From positions 930,001 through 994,000 of the forward strand of contig NW_026250411.1 of assembly GCF_024521635.1 (NCBI RefSeq): a stretch of DNA of 64,000 bases, given 5' to 3'. The notes beneath the pieces were generated by a model, which saw only the letters and a program-made list of their open reading frames with translations, did no database searches and was not told where the DNA came from. Below are positions 49,398 through 61,800 of the stretch, piece by piece. Positions within the stretch are counted from its first letter, which is position 1, and the number at the start of each line of letters is the position of its first letter. Position numbers and translations under genes: made by a program. The stretch comes from Tricharina praecox (Eukaryota).

Positions 49398-51006
49398 TTA
49401 AGATAGATCAATCTCCCCGTCTGCATCCATGGCATCTGCGCTTTGGAGGTCTCGCTGCGGATGAGGTTCTGGAGATTGGGATTGTTGCTGCTGGGAGAGG
49501 TACTCTTGTACCTTAGGATGCTCCAGGAGTGCGCTTTCCTGGATCTTGTTAGCGATATGTACGGGCGGTGATTGCGGACAACGGAAGAATCTATCTACCT
49601 CCTCCGCCAACGTCTCCGCCGCCTTCAACAGTAGTGTCTCCTCCAGCTCCCTCAGCCTGGTACCGACACTCCACATCTGCGGCCTACACTCCACTCCCTC
49701 CTCCTCCTCGAGTGCATGTCTTCCCCCCAGCAACCTTGAAAGCGCATCCTCAACGGCCGCCTTAACAGTCGCCACAACGCGCAGCTCAAAAATCTCACAC
49801 ATCTCCTTCCCTTTCAGCAACTCCTGCACCCTCCTCGGTCTAGCCACGAGGTCCAATTCTTCCCCATCCAGCAGAACTTGCAATTTCCGCCCGCCATCAT
49901 TCATCTGCAGCAGCTGAAATTCGAGTCCATCTTCCTCATTGGTGACTGCAAGGTACGCCCACTCGCTCTCCCATTGCACCTTATCCTCGCCTGTAGTTTC
50001 AGAGATCTTCACACCGCGCGGAGAAGCCGGCGCCCACACCATCTCCTTCGCCCGCGCCAGCGGATCGTCCTCAGAGCACTGCAGAGGCAGCAGCATGCCT
50101 CCAGCACCGCCCATCCCCTCGGGAATGAACCCATAAGCGAACACGAACTCGGCCGCGCTCTTAGCCGAATCCGAGTAGTCAATACAGACCTCGTCTCCGC
50201 TCGTGCACTCCATCCCCGGGCGGAGACGGAGCACGACGTCCTCTCCCTCAACGGCAAAGTAAGCGCTAGCCCTCCCCGCTTCCGCATGATTCGCGAAATC
50301 CAGAATCGGCACCAGCGCCGCGCCGTGGCCGGGCAGCTCGAGCGATCGCGACCGGTACACCGAGTCGGCGTAAACCCAGTTTTCGAGCGTGAGACCGTCG
50401 TCATCCCACCACGCCTTCTGTGCCCACGCCAGCTCGGCGGTGGCGGCGCGGAATGTGGAAAACTCGGCCGCGAGCGTGCGCGACTTTGCCGCGATCGCCG
50501 CGGAGAGCGATGTGCCCGGCAGCAGTGCGAGCTCGGTGGCTGTCCACGTCGTCGGCAGCGGGATCGTGCGGGGCAGGTATTGCGTGTATCTTTGTTCCTC
50601 GATCGCTCGTGAGTCGACTGTGGATGGTGAGGAGGGGCAGAGGAACTCACTCGCACCACGCGTCCCGCTCCCCCGCAACGAGCCCGGCGGCCGTGCTCAT
50701 TCGCAGCAGGAGGAAGATCATCGCCGCGATGCGCGGGTTGTGAGCGAGGGCGCCGGCGGCGGAAAGCGCATCGTGGAGGTGGCGGTCGGATTTGGAAGCG
50801 GCTTCGATGGTGGCGTGGGATAGGACCAGTGTGGGCGAGACGCGGAGGAGCGGTTTAGTGGGGTCGTGTGCGGACGTGAATGTCAGGGCTACGCCGAGGT
50901 CGATGGGTGCGCCGCCGAGGTGCACGGGGGAAATCCCATTGAGCGCTATGGAGTGGAAGTGGAGGAATTGCGGGAGGGAGGATATGGGGAGTGGCGGGAT
51001 GTGCAT
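49398..51006 (-). CDS. SET-domain protein lysine methyltransferase (Rubisco LSMT/RKM/EFM1-like); introns about 50650-50590 and 49598-49540
   Basis: 'WCEYTQYLP...PTTWTATELALLPGTSL', 'YRSRSLELP', 'LVPILDFANHA', 'EVCIDY', 'EFVFAYGF'. Confidence 0.88.
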
Positions 51007-51508
51007 GGTGATATATACCAGTTATGTAGTTGTGGTGCGGGGTGCATTGGCGGGGTGAGGTCAATTGCATCTGCACATCCATGATCCATACATGGGATTT
51101 GGGTTCGTCGGCACAATTCATGCCCACTCTATTCTGCAGCTAGACTCTTCTGCAGAAGCCAATGGAGCTCCTAGATACGCGCAGCTAAGTTTCACGAGTG
51201 ACATCGCGTGCCTGGACAGTGACGTTCACAATAGCTCCAGTTGCTGTCTCCACAGCCTCGACAGCCATCCGACACATACCAGTTCACTGGGGTGTCACTC
51301 CCAAGGCACAAGTGACCAGACGAAAGCAAGCCCCTCGGTAAAGCATACGCACATCCACCGCCGCCGATCACCGACGACGTCATACCCCGTAATCGGCAAC
51401 ACCAAGCAACATAAAACCCGCCTCCGAAAGAAGCAACCATCTCCTTCATCCATAACACAACACTCGAAACCCGACCATACATACCAAACAACCACCGCAA
51501 TAATCACA

Positions 51509-51856
51509 ATGCTGCCCACAACCGTCGCCCGCGCCGCTCCCCGCATCTCTACCCGCCTCGTGGTCGCCCAGCAGATCCGGTACTATAACCCACAGACCAA
51601 GTCGCCGCCTATAACCTACGAGAAGGGCCACGAGCTTGACGTACAATCGCATTCGAGTAAGCAGGCCATGCGGGAGCGCAGCGCCGCCGACGGCGGCGAG
51701 AAGGGCATTAAGAAGGACCCTAAGGAGGGACACCCTAAGGCTCCTGAGCCCGTGATCGGAATGCAGGATGAGCGGGGCCATCGCAGTGAGTCCTTCCTCA
51801 AAGCTGTGAGACCGCGGAGGCGAATGATAACTAATTGGGCTGCAGATTCGAATTAG
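51509..51856 (+). CDS. Small (about 95 aa) hypothetical protein with mitochondrial presequence-like N-terminus; intron 51786-51845
   Basis: Good start context (CACAATG); Arg-rich, acid-free N-terminus 'MLPTTVARAAPRISTRLVVAQQIRYY'; motif 'HPKAPEPVIGMQDERG'; GTGAGT..CTAAT..CAG intron. Confidence 0.7.
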   Translation: MLPTTVARAAPRISTRLVVAQQIRYYNPQTKSPPITYEKGHELDVQSHSSKQAMRERSAADGGEKGIKKDPKEGHPKAPEPVIGMQDERGHRSESFLKAVRPRRRMITNWAADSN

Positions 51857-51991
51857 GAGCATGGAGATGGGATAGATGAAAGACAACGGAGAACATGAGA
51901 TACACATCGCTCTTGTGCACTTGTTCTTGTCTATGCGTTGCATTTCAGCTAGAATAATAACTACAATTTTCATGATTCTTCTGCTGTCGTA

Positions 51992-53613
51992 TTATGCTCG
52001 ACCAACCTTAAATGATAATATCTGGAGATCGTCAGTTCGAGTAAACAGGGAGGAGTGTGTCTGTGCTTACGTCGTTCTTCCCCACCTCGACAATCTCGTC
52101 TTCTGCCACTCGTACACCTCCTGCACCTTCTATATATGCTATCGGTACATCTCCCATGATTTTCCGTGCCGCATCCCGCACTGTAGAATTCCTGCAAATA
52201 TTTTAGCAAGTATCAACTGTTAGATTGATATCGATAACTCACTTTCCAACCAACACACAATCCCGAAACACGGTGGTATTACCAGCTGCTCCAGAGCCGA
52301 AACTGTGAATATGCCTTACCGGAAACACCGGAACGAGACCTAACAGCTTCGCCGCCCTAGACAGCACCTCTACGACACCCGTGGATCCGAATCGATATAG
52401 CACCATATCTTTCATATTCTCAATCCTCTGCTTGAGCTTCTCGTCCAGCTCCTTCAACCCACCACCGTCCGGATCACCATCGGCAATTAGATCTTCTCTA
52501 GTATCCACAAACTCACTGCCCTCCTCGTAGCGCACGTAGCCTTGCTTGGCGAGTTTCCGCAAGAACACCTCCGTAATTGCAGAGCACAGCACGATGGACT
52601 GTGGATCCTGCTTTTTTGCGATCTTGGCAATGTTCTTGTCTGCGTCCGGGTGGTCGATCTTGTTGAGCGCAATGACGGTGGGGAACTTCTCGTCGATGAA
52701 GGCGTTCACCACAGCCTCGACCGTATCGTTGTCCCATGTCTCCAAAGCACTCTTGAGTCCCATCTTATCAAGGAACCGCGCGACAATCGTAGACGTGGCT
52801 CCGTATCCCGAGAACTGTCCTTGAAGCGTATCCACCGCATTCGACTCTGCTCCCTATCAGCTCACCCCTCCACACCCCAACCTAGGTAGGTAGGTAGGGG
52901 AACCTACTCGTCGCAATATGCCTCCTCCGAATACTACCCCACTTGTCCATGAGATTGCCGAGCACCCATCTGACAATCTCGCCGCGCAACCAGACAATAT
53001 CCTCGCTGGGGTCATAACCGCGAGTCGCCTTCCCCTCAGCATCCGTAGTCCCACTCACATCGACGACATGCACGAGCGCATCCGCATGTCTAAGATCATC
53101 CAAGAATTTATTCCCCAGACCACGGCCCTCGTGGGCGCCGGGTACCAGTCCCGCAACGTCAAGCAGCTCGATCGGAACGCTCCGCTTGCCGTTCTTGCAG
53201 CTGCCGTAGTTGGGCTTGCAGTGCTCCTGCTTATTGAAGCGCGCGCATGCACAGTCCTGTAGATTCGCTCCGCGTAAGCTGCTGCGCCAATGTCGTGATG
53301 TGCACCACTAGGGAGGACACACGATTTGTAAATACCCGACGGCGCGTTGCGGATCGATCGTGGTGAACCTGTGGTGGGAAAAACTCAAGCTCAGAAACTC
53401 GGATTCTTTCTGTGGGGACTAGCAGCTATGTATTCGAGGAGGAGCGCTCACGGAAAGTTGCCTATATATCGCCGTATGTCAGCTCCGCCGTTAGGACCGA
53501 GTGGGTTCGGCGCACTCACCAACCTTTGAGCTGGCGTCGGTCAGCGAGTTGAGGGTTGTTGATTTGCCGCTGGACGGCTTGCCGACTAGGCCGATTAGTG
53601 GATCACGAGGCAT
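51992..53613 (-). CDS. Obg-family GTP-binding protein, YGR210C-like (7 exons including a 10-nt micro-exon)
   Basis: Spliced '[19 protein letters not shown]...VGNFPFTTIDP...CKPNYGSC...[37 protein letters not shown]...LNKID' (G1-G4 motifs). Confidence 0.92.
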
Positions 53614-53975
53614 TTTGGTGTTTTTTTAGGTGTTGTACGCGGTTGAGGTGGAAGGAAACGCGAGTCGTGATGGTGGGGTTGGCTGCAAAAACTGAAGCAC
53701 CGCTGTAACTACTCGAGGCAGGAGTTCCCCGCGATTATTACCCGGCGCCGTTGCGGCGGCGTTCAGGTTCCGTGTGCTGAGCTGTGATGCGAGCCAGATG
53801 TCCACAACCAAAACGTTGAAAATTGAAACCTATGGGCCACTACCGGTATAACGCACAAGTTCACCTAAAGTTCCTGTGATATCACTAGGACCTAGGCACA
53901 AACAAAAGCTCGGACTATGTACATACTTCATATATCGGGGGAAAAAAGCAAAAGCAATAGCTTTTTGAAAAAAAA

Positions 53976-54072
53976 ACTACGGTACCAGGGATTCCCGCAT
54001 GGTCACCCACTACAGTAGAGTACCTACTAAGTTCTAACTTGGCGATAGGTATTCAAGGCTCTATGGCCGTGG
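53976..54072 (-). pseudogene. 5S rRNA pseudogene with internal deletion
   Basis: 3' 30 nt are identical to the 5S gene at 28187. A 5' end (ACGGCCATAGAGCCTTGAATAC) is present, but the ~40-nt segment containing TCCCGTCCGCTC...AAGC is missing and a short insertion is present. Confidence 0.8.
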
Positions 54073-56709
54073 AGTAGTTAGCTGTTGACTGTGTTGACTG
54101 TGTTGATCGAGCGTTTATGTATGACTCGAGCGATTGATAAAAGTAATTACGTGCTATGACTGACTGTGGCGGGGGAAGGTCAGCTGATGGAAGGAAGGTG
54201 TTGACTCCAGCCTTTCACTTTTAGCCCCCGTATGGACAGGTAGAACCTTGCCATATTTAACCCTGAGTCCGGGGCGCGCTATCCGTTGAGAATCGAGAAT
54301 CGAGATACACCCCCGGCCCCTGGACAGTACCATACATAGTAGTCACCCATTGTACGACAGCAGTTCAGGCGGACGTTTGAGGAGCCGGTAAGTAAGCAAG
54401 TAGAATACGTAGGAGTCCGCCATCTGTTCAGGGGAGGAGCAAGACCGAGACTTTTCAGCCTTCGGATGAAAGGCCAGATCTACTACGTCTGCAGTCTCGG
54501 CCGTATCTATGTATTGTCATCACAGTGCCCTCAGCCGTGTTGGCGCCGATGTCTACAGGGTAGTTAATGGGTAACTACGGTATCACTCGAAATCTGTCAG
54601 TGATGGTTGATGAACCGGCCCCGCACTATATATCTGTTGCCGCCGCTGCACGGAGTATGTAGCGCCTTCACGGATGGTTACTGCCCATCGGCTGCAGCCT
54701 GCAGCACTCGTTCTTGCGGCGTGCCTGAGATACCGGGATCCCGTCGGCTCGATCGAGAGTCGGTCGAGGGAAGAAAGCGAGCGCCAAAGATATATATAAT
54801 CGACGCTTAAGGCTGAATTCCCAGCTCGAAGTGGACAGCTGTTCACTACTCTAGTCTCTAGTCCACTCTACGTCCGCATGCGTGGTTCACTGTTCAGCCG
54901 TCACCGGTAATCCGTGTGGATTGTGCATTTGCATTAGATACCGGTAGAGTACTGCCTACTCCATGCTCCATGCGGTCAGAGATGTACCGGTCCATCTATG
55001 TATACATACTCGCGGAGTCGGCGCCGCTCAAGTGAGGGGTTACCTACCAATGTGTAGCTACCGGTAGGTATGGACATTGTGCAAGTACCGTAGAAGATGG
55101 GATAGAGGCATCAGAGCATCTGGCACTGGCAGCCTGGCTGCGCCCACTTTCGAATTAGCAACAGAGTGCGAATTTTTGTGGAACGTTACAACATACGGCG
55201 GTGGGCACATCTACGGGCGAGGTGAGGTGAGGGACAGGTGGTGGGGGGGCAGTTTAGGCGCGCTACGCGCGCGGTGGGGTTTTGGCGATGCGGTGGCCAA
55301 CTGGCCAGTACGGATTGCAGTAATGGGATTAGTGCGGTTTCCCCAGATCTCGTGTCGTCACTGCAAAGCTGTGGGCGGCGCGTGCGGGCAGGGGAGGGGG
55401 TGTGGGTAGGGCACGGCTCGTGGAAGACAAGCGGAAAACGGAGCACAAGCATCAGGGTGGTTGTGATTATGCTCTAGTACGAGTAACAGGTAAGAAGACT
55501 ACCGTACCATCCTGGCCCGATCGCACTCAAAAAAACTGTGGGGTGAGAGACAGCGGCGGAACGAGCGACTTCCGGTCCGGTCCAATGTTACGCGGTCGGG
55601 CCGAGTTGCCACTGCACTGACACCATGCTGAAGGGGTAGGGGAAGAGGCAATTCTTGAGCCGACACGTGATGGCGGCTGGGCTGGCTGGGCTGACTCTGC
55701 TCTCCGTCTTTCCGGTCTTGTCGTGATCGTCGGTGACGGCTGCATTACGTATCGTACTAGTGCAGACTCGCCCGCCGGAACGGCAGAAACATGGCGCCGG
55801 TATGTAGCGTTGGGATGTTGAGTTCGAGACTGTTGAGATGAAACGAGGACGGCGCACTCTGCGGGTGGGTGTCAACACGTGAGGTGAGAGCCTACCATAT
55901 TGTTAGCACGATAGCAGAAAGGGGAGGGGAAGGGAAGAAGTCCGGTCGCACCGACTGGCGAACATTCGCGATTTACCCGCAAGAAGGAGGAGAAGTTAGA
56001 ATCCACTGAAGTTGGGCACTCTACTGGTACTCTACCAGTGCATGTTTCGGTGTCGCCACCCGTATATACGTCGGCTTACTTTTTTCTTTCGTTCTTTCAT
56101 ACGAACCACACTGTGGGGTCGAGGATTGATTGGGATTGGCCTGTCTAGGCGCCGTAAGAGCCTCAGCAAGGTACCAGAGCAACCATGCTGCACGTCGATC
56201 TCCACTTGGCTCTGTAAGCGGACGGATGGTGGGGTGGGCGACGGGTGTGGGTGTTGTGGTGGGTTGCATGAAGTGCAATTTAAAATCGCTGCGGAATTTC
56301 GCGACGATGATTGTTTGGAGCGAGAAAGGCAGAGTCAGGAGGAGGAGGAGGAGGAGGAGGAGATGGAGGAGGAGGATGAGGAGGGGGAGAAGAAGGAGAA
56401 GGAGAAGGGGGGTCTCGGAATGCTATTGTAAATACTTCTTATTTCCCCCCACCAATCTGCTCAACCTGGCGATTAACTACGCCTCGCACTCGCCTATTCA
56501 TCCTGACTTCGGGAACGAGTGTGTGCGACGCACGGTGAGGTTCGTTTCGGCTGGTCGACATGCCGTGGGCTGAGTTGAGTGAGCTAGCTTCTGGGCTGTC
56601 CGACTATGGATTTGCTCTTTCTGCCGATGGCCACGGATACTCGGCTGGATGGGTGAATTGATTTCCGGACAGCCAGGCAGCGACCATGTAGATTCTACTT
56701 GGTAGTACG

Positions 56710-56975
56710 ATGGTCGTGATGATGATGATGACGGTTATGATGATTATGATGATTATGATTATGACAATGACAATGATGGTTATGTTGATGATGGTTACGT
56801 TGATTATGGTTATGGTGATGATATTGTTGTTGTTGTTGCTGCTGTTATTGTTGTTGATGTTGATGTTGTTGATATTGATATTGATGTTGATGTTGATGTT
56901 GATGTTGATGTTGATGTTGATGTTGATGTTGATGTTGATGTTGATGTTGACGATGATGATGATGATGACGACGAT
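56710..56975. repeat. Compound microsatellite (GAT)n/(GTT)n/(GATGTT)n
   Basis: Directly visible; it produces low-complexity spurious ORFs in several frames. Confidence 0.9.
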
Positions 56976-58143
56976 CCGTGGTGGATGGTGCCCCATCTAC
57001 TTTGCGGCTGTAGGCCAGGAATCGAGATGCTGCCGTAGGCTGCTGCTCTTGGCCGAGGAACCGGAGGCTGAAGCGTACCCGGCGTGATCATCAACTACCA
57101 CCATGAACCCCCCTCGCCTGGTAGCATTCTGGGATTCTGGTTGGGTGTCCTTTGGCGCGCATTCTCGCTCGACTAGTATGACCGTCCTCATTCTCCTGGC
57201 GCCGCTGCTGCTGCTGGTTCAAGGAGGCCTGAGCGAAGCAAAATAGTTAAGTACCTCAACCACGCTGCCGCTGCTGCCTTTGCTGTGCTCTTCCGCGATA
57301 GGAACTCCAAATTCCCTCCTTCTTCCCTCTTCCATCGTGGTCCTGTACCTGCCTCGCCTACAAAGCACCACCACGAACGACGAAACCGAAGACGCCGAAG
57401 ACGAAGCACATAACCCATCATTGAGCTTGCGAACTTTGCTCTCTAGCCTTTTTACCCGTGCCATAATACCTCTCTGCAGCACACCGGCTGCAACCACACG
57501 TCGAACCCCCCGACTCCACAACGTCTTCACGACTCACCTAGCCGGTCTTCCGTTTGCTGTCTGTTCACTCACGCTACGTTGCGTTACGTTGCCTGCAGTA
57601 TAGTACCTTCCCGAGTCCTACGTACTCTACGGATCCGGCTCGCGAAAAAGATAGCATACCTATCAGAACCAGCCCGCTGCCTTTCCCGTTCCGTCCGTCT
57701 TCCTCTTCCCGCTCGCCGTCTCCTGCGGATTTCCTCCGCCTCTTCTTCTCATCTTCTGTTTAAATACCATCCTCCCTCCGTCGACCGCAATCCGTCCGGA
57801 TCCGCTTCACGACACGCGCATCCCATCCTCGCGGCAAAAAAGAACCAAGATCGGTCCGAGCCATCCGATCCACCCCGCTCCGTTCAAAACTCATCTCGAT
57901 TCTGCCTTGCCGTCTTTGCGTTCGGCGTGTGCCAGAGGTGATTGGACTGTAAAAGTCGATTGGCGACGATCATTTCTATCGTTTCCATTATTAAGTATTT
58001 GTCGCCGACATTCAGCAAAAAAACACATCTGCCTGCCTGCCTACTTTGATCCTGCAGCCCTGCAGCAAAAGTAGTGTGTCTATCAAGGGGAAAACCGGTT
58101 TTGCCGCGTTAAAGCTGACCGACGCTTTTAACTGGTCGCCGAG

Positions 58144-61100
58144 ATGGTGTTGCTGAGAATCCCCTCCCTCGTTCACGGACGACCCAAGAACACTTCCCCA
58201 ATCTCCAGCCGCTCCGGGTCACCGAAAGCAATGAACGACAGCTCCCTCCTCCTCAAAGTCTCTGTAAACCAGGTATATTCTCCAATCGTCCAGCGGCAAA
58301 AAAGAACAAAACAATGACCCCACGAGGAACTCTTGACTGATTCGAATTTCTTTGTGTCGTAGGGTCGGAACTTGGCCCCTAAGGACAAGAACGGTTTCAG
58401 CGACCCTGTACGCACCCGCTTTACCCCGCACCTCGCAACGAGAACAACAATTGACATCAACAGTATCTCGTTGTACATTGGAGCGACTACAGCTTCCAGA
58501 CGGAAGCTCGACCAAAGACCCTTAATCCGGAATGGAACGACACCTTTGATATGCCGCTGAGCGGTGCGGATGGCCTCGCCATGAAGTGCGTGTGCTGGGA
58601 TAAGGACCTGTTCGGAAGGGTTTGCTCATCTAGCTCAGGAGGAGAAGGAGAAGGTCGGGAAAGCTTTCTAACTCGCTGTCCAGGACTATATGGGGGAATT
58701 TGAGGTTTCTCTGGACGACGTGTTTGCGGGGGGTAGAATCTCGGAGGTGCGCACTACCTGTGGCGGTAGCTATCCATCCATGGGTTCGCATTGCTGATAT
58801 TGCGACCACTACTACAGACGAGGTGGTTCCCATTGAAGTCGAGCCGGAAGAAGGCGGGCGTTTCTGGAGAGATTCAGCTCACTTTGGTGCTGGTCGACAC
58901 CGCCAACGAGGAAGCCACCACATCCGAGATCTACGCGCAGTGGACCGCGTTCGCGAGAGGCTTCATGGCTCAATCTTCCCCGCCAGACTCTATAAATGAG
59001 GACCCGCTGTCGCGCGATTTAGGCTCCAACGAAGATGATGACAGCAGCCCAAGCCCCGGAGAGGACGATGTTTTATCGATGGACAAGCCTCAGGGGGCCA
59101 AGCACACGAAGCACAAATCCAAGGGCAAGGGCCATGTTTATCAGTTTAGCAGTGGCTCGGATGTCGTGGGTGTCATCTTTTTGGAGATTTCGTCCATCAC
59201 CGACTTGCCTCCAGAGAGGAACGGTAAGGATCTGACTCCCCCCAAAGCTAACCTGGAGTGTGCGAGAGGAAGTGGGCTAATTCGGTCGAAGTTACGCGTA
59301 CTGGGTTTGATATGGACCCGTTCGTGGTCGTATCGCTCGGAAAGAAGACCTTCCGCACACGGCACATCCGGCATTGCCTCAACCCCATTTACGACGAGAA
59401 GATGTTGTTTCAGGTTCTCCGCCACGAACAGAAGTACTCTCTCAGCTTTGCCGTGGTCGACAGGGACAAGTTCTCGTCCAACGACTTCGTTGCCGAGACC
59501 ACATTCCCTTTGCAGGAAATCATTGCTACGCAGCCAGCCGCAGACCCTGAAACCGGCTTATACTACTTCTCAGAGCCATCCGAGGACCAGGGCCCGCCTA
59601 GCCCTCAGCCAGGCATCGTACACTCGAACACCGGAAGCAAGTCCAGGTTCCGCCTACCATTGTCACGCTCCGCATCCGGGACGAGTCTTGCTCCTTCCAC
59701 GAAACGACCAGAACTCGCCCACCGCACGTCGGCCAAGTCGCTCCGCACCATGACCGGCGGAATGGAGCCAACTGGCGCAGAAGATAACACCCTTGTTCCC
59801 CCGAACCCCAACCGAGCGATCCCCACGGACAACATTGAATACGAGCTCACACCTTTTTCGATCCCCCTTCCTTTGAAGAACAAGGAGCGGTGGGAGGACA
59901 AGCACAAGCCCGAACTTCGCTTCAAGGTGAAGTACGTCCCTTACCCTGCCCTCCGCCAGCAGTTCTGGAGGCACATGTTGCGCCAGTATGACTCGGACGA
60001 CAGCGGCATGATCAGCCGTGTGGAGCTCACCACAATGCTGGACACCATCGGCTCGACATTGCACGAGAGCACCATCACCTCGTTCTTTGAGAGGTTCAGG
60101 GAGAGAAACGGCGCCGAGGATGTAGAATCCGCCGAGTTGACGGTCGACCAAGCCGTAATCTGCTTGGAAGACCAACTCACGGCGCTTTCCAAGAACCAGG
60201 GACCCGTAGACCTAGAATCCGAGCCCCCAACGCCTAGCTTCGGGAGCAGAAACCCCTCGGTGCTTTCCTTCCAACAGCAGCCCGTGCTGGGCCTTGCGGG
60301 AGAAGAAGGCCACGTACTGGCGGATGAGGACCCGAACGGCAAGTCGGAGGAGCACGTTATCCAGATCAGGGAGTGCCCATTGTGTCACCAGCCGCGCATG
60401 AATAAGCGATCGGAGATGGATATAGTGACACATCTGGCCACCTGTGCATCTCAGGATTGGCGTCAGGTCGACAAGCTGGTCATGGGTGGATTTGTTACCT
60501 CCAGCCAGGCTCAGCGGAAGTGGTACTCCAAGGTAGGCCGACAATGCTTAGCTACGTAGGTGGTTTTCCTAACATTTGCATAGGTGATTTCCAAAGTTTC
60601 ATACGGAGGATACAAGTTGGGAGCCAATTCTGCGAACATCCTTGTGCAGGACAGGATCACGGGTCAAATCCAAGAGGAGCGCATGAGTGTATACGTTCGT
60701 CTCGGTATCCGGCTGCTCTACAAGGGTCTCGGTGGAAGCAGTATGGAGAAGAAAAGGAGTAAGTTCACTGTGCCATTCGTGATTAGGATGTGGCACTAAC
60801 GGCGAGCAGTTCGGAAACTCTTGTACTCGCTGAGTGTTAAGCAAGGTAAAAAATTCGATAACCCTGCTTCGGCGAGAGATATCAAGGGCTTTATTGCGTT
60901 CCATCAACTCAACCTCGACGAGGTTCTCTTGCCTTTGGAGGATTTCAAGACGTAAGTCGGATCTTTGTCCTTTCGTGTCTATTCGGTGTGTTGATCATTT
61001 TGATAGGTTCAATGAGTTCTTCTACCGGAAGCTAAAGCCCGATGCTCGGCCTTGCTCGGCCCCTGAAAACCCCAAGGTTATCGTGTCCCCCGCGGATTGT

Positions 61101-61800
61101 CGGTCCATCGTTTTCAACAAATTGGACGATGCCACTCGTATCTGGATCAAGGGTCGCGAATTCAGCATCGCGAGACTCCTCGGTGATGCCTACCCCGAGG
61201 ACGCCAAACGGTTTGAGAAGGGAGGGTTGGGAATCTTCCGATTGGCGCCGCAGGATTACCACCGATTCCATTGTCCAGTGGACGGTATCATGGGAGAACC
61301 TAAGCTCATCAAGGGCGAGTACTACACGGTGAACCCCATGGCTATCCGTTCCGCGTAAGTCCATCATCTACCCTCAATGCGAGCATCCTGTTAACATGAA
61401 TTATAGTCTGGATGTCTACGGTGAAAACGTCCGCGTTCTTGTTCCCTTCGATTCGGTTGAGCACGGACGTGTAATGGCGGTTTGCGTAGGCGCAATGATG
61501 GTGGGTAGCACCGTGATTACTGCGAAGCCTGGCCCAGTATCTCGAACAGACGAGTTTGGTTACTTCCAGTTTGGTGGAAGTACCATCGTTCTCCTGTTTG
61601 AGCCCGGCAGGATGGTGTTTGATGGTGACCTCGTCGACAACTCCAACGGCGCGCTAGAAACGCTGGTTCGGGTGGGGATGTCGATTGGTCACAGTCCCGG
61701 AATGCCCGCGGTTGAGGAGCGGAAGGAGAATGTTACGCAAGAGGATCTGGCGGATGCTAGACGGAGGATTGGAGGCAGTTTGGCGCCGACGGCGCCGTAG
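58144..61800 (+). CDS. PSD2: Phosphatidylserine decarboxylase proenzyme 2 (C2-C2-EF-hand-PSD; many exons)
   Basis: C2 motifs '[15 protein letters not shown]', 'TLNPEWND', '[22 protein letters not shown]'; EF-hand '[14 protein letters not shown]'; '[15 protein letters not shown]', '[12 protein letters not shown]'; autocleavage 'FGGSTIV'. Confidence 0.96.

Noticed and set aside
50590..50678. Apparent frameshift in the SET gene
   Set aside because: Resolved by a canonical GTGAGT..AG intron giving WCEYTQYLP.
56604..57094. IN-, ML- and ST-repeat ORFs
   Set aside because: Translations of the (GATGTT)n microsatellite.
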